Assembly: GCA_964016885.1 (NCBI GenBank)
Contig: OZ024740.1
Location: 403,248,001 to 403,312,000, forward strand
DNA length: 64,000 bases
From: Eledone cirrhosa
Lineage: Eukaryota
Direction: 5' to 3'
Position numbers and translations under genes: made by a program. A model generated the notes under the pieces. That model saw nothing but the letters and a program-made list of their open reading frames with translations. It was not told the DNA's origin and did not search any database. Below, piece by piece: positions 56,407 to 64,000 of this stretch. The number at the start of each line of letters is the position of its first letter. Position 1 is the stretch's first letter.

Positions 56407-58271
56407 ATGGCTGAAGCATCTTCACCATCAATCAAAGAAGGAAAGGGGAAGTCATACTCACAGCTTCCCCCTGCCACTGTCACAGCAGCAGATGCCAAAG
56501 GCAGAGGTCAGAGAGAGGAAGAATTGTCTTCACCTGTTGACCGACCACTAGACGTAGCCACAACTATACAAGAAATTGAAAACAACAACAACAACAACGA
56601 CAACAACAGCAACAATAAAGACAACAAAAACAACAACAACACAAACGTCACAAGTATCCACACACCAAACGAGAAAGACAACAACAACAACAAAGATGAA
56701 AACAACTCAAACGACGAGAAACAAAACAATACAAACACCAACAACGAAAACAAAATATCTTTTGCACAAACGGCTAAATTATCAGTCGCGTATGTGCTGG
56801 AAGATATTTCAAAAGCAAAAGAAATGCTGGAAAAAGCCAAGAAATATGTATCTTTTGGCGAAAACGGTTCGTTTTCTATACATTCACCTCCAGAACTGAA
56901 AAAAACAGACGGAATTACCAACTGTCGTATTCCGTACAATTTTAAATAAAACAAAAAAACCAGCACAACCATCTCAAGCTGAAATTCAGTTAGTACTGAA
57001 AGAAGCGATGAGAGACATCACTTTTATACAAAAGGATAAACTCTATGGGAGTTTATCCATATTGATGAAAGACGAATTGGCGGCGAAAAAATACTCTGTG
57101 TCGCCAATTCGGTCCACACACTACACCTTCTTCCCCACCTACATGGGTAAAAAAAAACCCAGAGGATATGGATAACCACCATCACCCCAAAAATAAACTA
57201 CTGGTGGTTACTAACCGGTTTCCTCAATTTAGACGAGGACAACATCATTTCAATAGGGAAGGCATCCGGCGACGCGTTCAGTGGAACGAGCATCGAAGTT
57301 CTGACCCAAATAAGGCCAGAACGCATCGCCCAAATCCCTGAGCGCGTCATGCTAGATGACCGTACCCACCTCAACATTATCGTGGAGGGTAGGCGTCCCT
57401 CCTGTTACCTCTGTGGCAATAGAGGTCACCTGAGGGCTGCCTGTCCCCAGCTCACACAGAAAAAAACATTGCTACCAACACCAACACCACCCCAACAACA
57501 ACAACAAAAACAACCACAACAACAACAACAACAACAAAAACCAACAACACCACCACCACCACCACCACCACAACAACAACAACAAACACGTGAAAAAATA
57601 ATACAGAATACTGTCCCACCCAATCCCTCCCCACCCAAAACAAATACAAAAACAAACACACCGCAAACACTACCAGAAAACATACCCCTCCCAACCCAAC
57701 AAGGAAGACGAACCCCTTTCGTCGCAAGACGAAAAAGATCCCTTCCAACAAGTAAAAAGAAAGAAGAGGAGACGCACCACAGACACACATGTTAACTTTA
57801 ACCCCCCCCCCCCCCCAAGAGAACACAAACTACACACAAACCACCCCTCCCTGTCACACAACACTAACTGCTACACAAAAGAAGACCTTACAATATACAT
57901 ACATGAACACAGACAACAAAGAATTACGGAAAACAATTTCAGCAAACCCTTCGGTCCAAACTGAAGGGCCTAACTTTATAACTGCTGTGGGACTACCTCA
58001 TTTAAAAATGATAAAAGTCCCAATGAACTTGTACAAAACACTGAAAATAAATTTCACGGAGGACGTGGGCCCCCCTGCGCCAAACCAATCAACCGCGTCC
58101 TCCTAAAAAATTTCACCCCCCACCCCACCCAAACACCCACTCAACCACAAACACCCCAACCCCACAACACACCGATGCCCCTTCACTTCCACAAACCACC
58201 ACCCACCCAACAACCCATCCCCAACCAGCATGGAAATTGAGCGGCCCGTTTCCCGGGACGCAGAGAGGTAA
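56407..58271 (+). pseudogene. Copy 5 ORF1, frameshifted in homopolymer runs (possibly sequencing errors)
   Basis: Pieces 56398-56949, 57349-57795 and 57789-58106 are collinear with copy 3 ORF1. Confidence 0.85.
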
Positions 58272-58295
58272 GTGCCTTTTCTCCTTACCACCAAC

Positions 58296-61200
58296 ATGGC
58301 TGTGCTAAGAGTCGGGTGTCTAAATGCGCGTGGCCTGGGCTCATCTTGGAAGCAAGCAGTGCTTCTAAATAATCTCAGGTCACAATCTATAAATGTGATG
58401 GTTATCTGCGAGGCCCGGATCAGCAACATGCGGCAGCTAGCCCCCACCTTTGACGACTTTGAGATGCACGCATCTCTCTGTCAGCCCAGAGGTGGGGGTG
58501 GGGTTGTCGTTCTGCTGCAAAAACATCTGGGCCTTGCAACACAGATAGTTCACTTGGACCCAGGGGGTCGACTGGTGGTGCTGGACCTTGGCAGTGGTGA
58601 AGGTAGAGCCTTTAGGCTGGTAGCCGCATATGCCCCTTTTGGGACAGAGCGACCCGACTTTTTCCAGCGTCTGGAGTCTTTTCTAGGGACGTCCCGTTCC
58701 CTGCTTTTAGTGGGGGATTGGAATGGTATCCTGGATGCACGTTGGGACTATGCAGGGGCATGTCCCGATAGAGAGGGGTGCAACAGCCTCAAAGGGTTAC
58801 TCGGCCGATTTGACCTGGCCGATAGATTTCGACTAGATTTTCCGACGGTGCCAACCTGGTCTTGGTCAAATCGCAGCGGATCATCTAGGTCGTACCTAGA
58901 TAGATTTTTAGTTAGAAATAAGGACAGTGACTTTTTAAGTTGTCCAGAAATGCTCATGGCTGGCTATTCAGACCACAAGTTGGTGACCTGCATGGTCAAC
59001 CTTGATAGAACGCATAGACAGGGCCCCGGTTACTGGAAGCTCAACTTGTCCTTGCCGGCAAGTAGAGTTTATAGGGATCGGATTAGTACGTTAGTTAAGG
59101 AACGGTTGACTGGAGCGATCGTCAACAGCAGGTGGTGGGTATCTCTAAAGAGAGAGATTAGAGTAGTCTCGATAGAATTTAGTAAGGTTCTAGCTGCGGA
59201 TAGGAATAGGAAGGAAAGGGAGCTAATAGATAGAGTAGAAGAGGCAATTAGAAGCGGCGACGTGGCCAGAGTGCCTGCGTCGAGAACGGCTTTGAGCCAG
59301 TTTTTCGACGCCAAGCACGAAGGCTGCGTTGTCCGAAGTAAAATACGTGCTCTAGGGAACGAGGGGACCAAAGCTGTTAGCTGGGCCCGCGTGAAAGAGG
59401 CCAACAGTGGAACTAAATCCACCATCCGGTCTTTGCGAGACCTGGATGGACGGGCGATTTTTGAGCCTAAGCAGATGTGTGAGGCCTTTCAAAGGCACTT
59501 TTCCCGACTGTTCGGGAGGGGCGGGGAGCCGGTTGGGAACGTGGACTTCGGTCCATACCTCGACGGCCTGCCGCGTCTCTCGGGCAGGGAGGCGAAGTCC
59601 TGCGAGGAGCCGATTTCGGCCGCTGAGATAGACGACGTGCTGAGCCAATGCGGCAAACGCAAATCCCCGGGTCTCGATGGTCTTCCTTACGAATTATATC
59701 TAGCTATGCCGGACTTGTTCCCCGATCTCCTCGAGGCGGTCTACTGCAACTGGCGACAGAACGGGAGAATTCCCTGTACTGTAACCAAGGGCGTAGTCAC
59801 GCTAGTGAGGAAGGACGAGAACAAGGGGGACGAAATAAGTAACTTCAGGCCCATAACTCTGCTAAATACAGAGTTACAGATTTTGGCCAAGGTGCTAGCA
59901 AAGAGGTTGGCGCTTGTCGTGGGCTACCTGGTGGGAGATGCGCAGGCATGCGCTATCCCGTCCAGGTCCATCCATGACAACCTCCACCTCATGCGATACA
60001 TCATAGAGAGGGTTGGGAACGAACCAGGCTTTGGTGGGGCTCTGATCAACTTGGATCAATCTAAGGCGTTCGATAGGGTCGACCATGGTTACCTGGATGC
60101 GGTGCTAGCGGCGGCAGGCTTCGGACCCGTTTTCAGGGGCTGGATCACTGCTATGCACAGCAGCCGCATCTGCTCTAGGGTCAAGGTGAACGGCTACCTC
60201 TCGGAGCCGTTCAAAATCGCGCGGTCCATCCGACAAGGGTGCCCTCTCTCCTCCCTTCTGTATGTGTTGACTCTCGAACCACTACTGCGGAAGTTGGAGT
60301 TGTTGCAGGGCATCCCTTTGGAACCGGGATTGCGGAAAGCGGTGTCGGCCTACGCCGATGACGTGACAGTAATGGTGTTGACAGCCTCCGAAATCGAGGC
60401 GGTCGGCACCTTACTGGAGGAGTACGAAATGTTCACAGGGGCTAAGCTGAACCGGGACAAGTCGATCGGTTTGCAACTCGGCACGTGGAGGGGCAGACCG
60501 ATGCCCTCCGATGGCGTCGTCGGACGCTGGACAGAGGGCCCGGTGAAGTTGCTCGGGGTCTGGTTCAGACCGGACCTCCAGGTGGAGAAGAACTGGGCGG
60601 AGGTTACGAACAGGGTATTTGCACTGACCCAGAAGTGGGCCAGTTGCAAACTATCCCTGAAAGGTCGGGTGGAGGTGGCGAACACCTACATAGCGTCCGT
60701 AATCTACTACCGCCAGACCGTAGTGCCCTGCCCAAGGGAAACCCTCGCCAAGATGGAGCGCGCGCTCTTCCAATTCCTTTGGAAGAGTCGGGCTCCTATG
60801 GTGCGGAGATCCATCTGCTGTCAACACCCTTCGAAAGGAGGGCTAATGATGCGTAAACACGCATTAAGGCTACGGCGCCTCTACGTATTCCTCACCGGTC
60901 AACCGGTGTGGGCCTCGTTTGTGAGACGAACCTTTCCCAGACTCGTCTCTCTCACCGAGCTGCAATCCTGGGTCAAGCAAAGACCGAGAAAACTGGGCGC
61001 CTGGCACACTGAGTGTGCCCAGGCGCTCACCGCCCTCTGGCAGGCGGATCCGGTTATCAGTGGAGACTCCACCGCAACATTCTATAGAGGGCTGGTACGC
61101 AGCAGGTGCGACGACGCCCTCGGAGAAGCCCTAGACATGGAGGAGGACGAACTGGCCAGCCTGTTCGGTAGGACATTCAGCCCGGGACCTATGGACAACT

Positions 61201-61718
61201 TCCAGAAGTCCCTGGCCTGGCAGTGCTACCGAGGGGCTTTACCCGTTCGAGAAAGGCTCTACAGACACGGGCGCCCGGGTAGGGACCCCGCCAAAAAGAT
61301 CTGTCCCAGATGCGTGTGCGACGAGGAAACCGTTGCACACGCATTGGTACACTGCTCGGGCGTAGCCGATCTGTGGGGCTATGTCGAACAACTGCTGTCA
61401 AGGGTGGGACCGATCCGGTTGACCACCGAGTCTATTGTAATGATCAAGCCGCCTCCCCCCTTCAAAGATGAAGCAGAGGCGGTGTTTCTGTGCGTAATAG
61501 CCATGGCGAAAGAGGTTGTATGGTGGACGCGTCTGAAAGGACTGAGGTCAGGCACCTTTCTCTCTGGCCAACAACTGGTCCGTTTCTTCCGATATCATTT
61601 CGGAAGAAGGATCAGGATGGAGAGAGAGGTGCTGCACCCCAGTCGTTTTTATGAAAGGTGGGTGAAAGTGGCGAGAATGGCCCGTGTGAATGGGCCTTCT
61701 CTTTACATAAGCCTGTAG
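58296..61718 (+). CDS. ORF2 (APE-RT-CCHC), open, YADD intact, 5-aa in-frame deletion
   Basis: GGL[GMPWL]MMR deletion at a GGCT microhomology. Confidence 0.93.
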   Translation: MAVLRVGCLNARGLGSSWKQAVLLNNLRSQSINVMVICEARISNMRQLAPTFDDFEMHASLCQPRGGGGVVVLLQKHLGLATQIVHLDPGGRLVVLDLGSGEGRAFRLVAAYAPFGTERPDFFQRLESFLGTSRSLLLVGDWNGILDARWDYAGACPDREGCNSLKGLLGRFDLADRFRLDFPTVPTWSWSNRSGSSRSYLDRFLVRNKDSDFLSCPEMLMAGYSDHKLVTCMVNLDRTHRQGPGYWKLNLSLPASRVYRDRISTLVKERLTGAIVNSRWWVSLKREIRVVSIEFSKVLAADRNRKERELIDRVEEAIRSGDVARVPASRTALSQFFDAKHEGCVVRSKIRALGNEGTKAVSWARVKEANSGTKSTIRSLRDLDGRAIFEPKQMCEAFQRHFSRLFGRGGEPVGNVDFGPYLDGLPRLSGREAKSCEEPISAAEIDDVLSQCGKRKSPGLDGLPYELYLAMPDLFPDLLEAVYCNWRQNGRIPCTVTKGVVTLVRKDENKGDEISNFRPITLLNTELQILAKVLAKRLALVVGYLVGDAQACAIPSRSIHDNLHLMRYIIERVGNEPGFGGALINLDQSKAFDRVDHGYLDAVLAAAGFGPVFRGWITAMHSSRICSRVKVNGYLSEPFKIARSIRQGCPLSSLLYVLTLEPLLRKLELLQGIPLEPGLRKAVSAYADDVTVMVLTASEIEAVGTLLEEYEMFTGAKLNRDKSIGLQLGTWRGRPMPSDGVVGRWTEGPVKLLGVWFRPDLQVEKNWAEVTNRVFALTQKWASCKLSLKGRVEVANTYIASVIYYRQTVVPCPRETLAKMERALFQFLWKSRAPMVRRSICCQHPSKGGLMMRKHALRLRRLYVFLTGQPVWASFVRRTFPRLVSLTELQSWVKQRPRKLGAWHTECAQALTALWQADPVISGDSTATFYRGLVRSRCDDALGEALDMEEDELASLFGRTFSPGPMDNFQKSLAWQCYRGALPVRERLYRHGRPGRDPAKKICPRCVCDEETVAHALVHCSGVADLWGYVEQLLSRVGPIRLTTESIVMIKPPPPFKDEAEAVFLCVIAMAKEVVWWTRLKGLRSGTFLSGQQLVRFFRYHFGRRIRMEREVLHPSRFYERWVKVARMARVNGPSLYISL

Positions 61719-62998
61719 GTGGAAAAGAGGAAGGAACGAGGGAGCACCCCCTCTCTGTGCTCCTGAGGAAAAGGGTTGCACACTTTTTTCGGGGGTGTGT
61801 GCGACCCCCCAAGGCGCCTCCTCTCTATTGAGGATTTTGTTAAAAATTTTATTTTTTGTTATATCTTATTTTATTTTTATATTTTGTTATTGCCTCCTCC
61901 TTATTGGGGACGCCTTTTTGTGTAAACTCCCCCCTTTGTACTTGTCCCACTTTTGATGCCCTAGTGGCAAATAAAAGAAACATATCTATATCTCAATCTC
62001 TCTCTCTCTCTCTCTCTCTCTCCTTCACACCCTCCCCTCTCTCGCTCACTCTCTCTATCCTTCACTGTTCCCCCATCTCTCTCTCTCTCTCTCTCTCCCT
62101 CTCTCGCTCATTCTCTCTATCCCTCACTGTTCCTCCTCTTTCTCTCACCCTCTCTCTATCCCTTCCTGTCTCCCTCCTCTCTCTCTCTCCCTCACTGTCT
62201 CCTCTCTCTCTCTCTATCTATCTATCTCTCTCTCTCTCTCTAGCCCTCACTGTCTCTCCTCTCTCGCTCATTCTCTTTATCCCCCTCTCTCTATCCTAAA
62301 TTTTTCATATACTTCGTACGAGCATTTATGTAGTTTGCACTAGAATTTTTGTATCGTAGCGGCACGCTTAGAGATAGTATTAGTATTCATTTTCGGGATT
62401 CTGAATTATTATTTCGTATTAGTTTATTTTTTTAACTGGGTGGTTGCTGGCCTTGTGCCTAGGGTAGAAACAATTATTTCGTATTAGTTTCGGAATTCTG
62501 AATTATTATTTCGTGGTAGTTTCTTTAGTATTTTGACCCCCCACTTGTTGACCAGTCACCGTAAGATATACTCGGTTCATTACTACTAACTCTTAAAATG
62601 GTCTCACTACAATTCCGTCCCACCTAGTAAACTTTTCTATAGTTTAGCAGTACCAGTGAGAGACTTGATGATTATGGTTAGGGAATAGTAACCAGAAATT
62701 GTTTTTTTATATTTTTAACATTCTTGGTATTCTTCTATATATTTACTCCATACTTGACTTACTTATTGTTTCGACTTCCTCCTCCTCCCCCTCCCTAGTA
62801 TACTTGCTTGACCTCCTGCCCTGCTGTAGTTGGCACTATCAACGCACGACTGGGTTTCCTCCACTCCCTCTCCCTCTTTCTTCTAATGGCAGGTTCAGCT
62901 ACCCTTTCCTTCCACAAATTGCCATGATAGAATTATGTGTCCCAACAACAAACTTTTGACCAATCCTTGAGACAATCACTTTTACCATATATGGAATT

Positions 62999-63094
62999 AT
63001 CCCCTGAGAAGCTCGGCTATTCATATACCAGGATAAAAATGTTCATTTAGTCCAGAATTAGCCGTCGAAACGGCTTGAGCTCAGCCGTCGGGGT
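62999..63094 (+). ncRNA. Type I hammerhead-like motif with full stem III, core mutated
   Basis: ATCCC-CTGAGAA-g..CGGCTA..TAGCCGTC-GAAAC-GGCT(tgagctc)AGCC-GTC-GGGGT; ends ~85 nt before (TA)n. Confidence 0.65.
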
Positions 63095-63178
63095 CCTACT
63101 CGTTCCTCTTACCCACTCTACTACTCTAAGTACTTTGGTGCGTTATGGTCCACCTGGTTCCTTACCACATTTCCTTCG

Positions 63179-63207
<29 letters not shown>

Positions 63208-63210
<3 letters not shown>

Positions 63211-63809
63211 AAAATCACTGACGAAGGACTATTTTTATCATATGTAACACATGTGCAACCACGCAGTATTCTTCTTTCTTCTCATGTTTTTTATATATAT
63301 TTACCTCGGCTGCGTTTGTCTGTTTCTCTCTTACTGCTTCCCCACTCTCTCTGTTTCTCTCACCTTCTTTCGCACCCTCTGTCAGTTACACTTTCTCTCG
63401 ACTGACCTCTTCCTCACACTTCCACTCACTCACTCTCTGTTTCTCCCCTTCTCACTTCCTCCGTTTGGCTTGTGTGGGTCTCTTCTTGCTCACATCTCAC
63501 ACACATCAACACGGTCTGTACCTCTCTCACTCATGAAATCCACCCGGCTTATGCTGACCGGACAACCATGTTGCTTGTTTATTTTCCTATCTTCGGTTTG
63601 CTTTTATCCTTCTATGTTGTTTACTTGTCCCCCTCGCCTTACGCGAATTCTGGTCCCAATAACTTTTTTTAGTTATTGCTCACACCAACCTGAGGTATCT
63701 GATTTTTAATGCGATAAAATACCAATGATGGTTGGAAAATCACTGACGAAGGACTATTTTTATCATATGTAACCCATGTGCAAACCACGCAGTATTCTTC
63801 TTTCTTCTC

Positions 63810-63816
<7 letters not shown>
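63208..63816 (+). mobile_element. Probable Penelope-like 3' fragment with terminal direct repeats between (TA)n tracts
   Basis: 63208-63292 repeated at 63733-63816; each copy contains CTGACGA. Confidence 0.55.
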
Positions 63817-63881
<65 letters not shown>

Positions 63882-64000
63882 GAAGAGAGAAGAAACATTT
63901 AGATATAATTAGTAATAAAATGTATCATACCTAAACTGTTCCTAAATTCCTCGACTACGTAGTTTCGTGGCATAAACAAAAACAATATATCAAAGATATA

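Larger units (their letters stand above)
56187..61982 (+). mobile_element. Tx1-clade retrotransposon, copy 5 (subfamily B; full length)
   Basis: TSD TATCTATATCTCAATCTCTCT.. at 56146-56174 and 61983-62011; splits a CT-rich minisatellite. Confidence 0.95.

Overview
AT-rich, microsatellite-dense animal genomic DNA; the SINE families resemble those of octopus (coleoid cephalopod), which is an inference. No host gene can be supported, and nearly all non-TE ORFs are microsatellite or antisense artefacts. The main feature is a young Tx1/L1-clade non-LTR retrotransposon (~5.8 kb; ORF1 with CCHC knuckle; ORF2 with APE, RT and CCHC) present in five copies, all in or at (TATC)n/(GATA)n repeats and lacking poly(A). 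Four copies form a 17.4-kb head-to-tail array on the minus strand (33734-51148), with a TSD showing sequential insertion; the fifth is on the plus strand (~56187-61982). ORF1 and ORF2 are in the same frame, separated by one TAA that lies inside a perfect AG|GTAAGT splice donor. ORF2's own stop lies in a TAG|G acceptor-like site, and the 5' UTR holds a second GTAAGT...TAG intron candidate. The rest is Penelope-like fragments in (TA)n with five hammerhead-like motifs, three fold-back insertions, RTE LINE fragments, two SINE families, Helitrons, MITEs and a degenerate interstitial (TTAGGG)n array.
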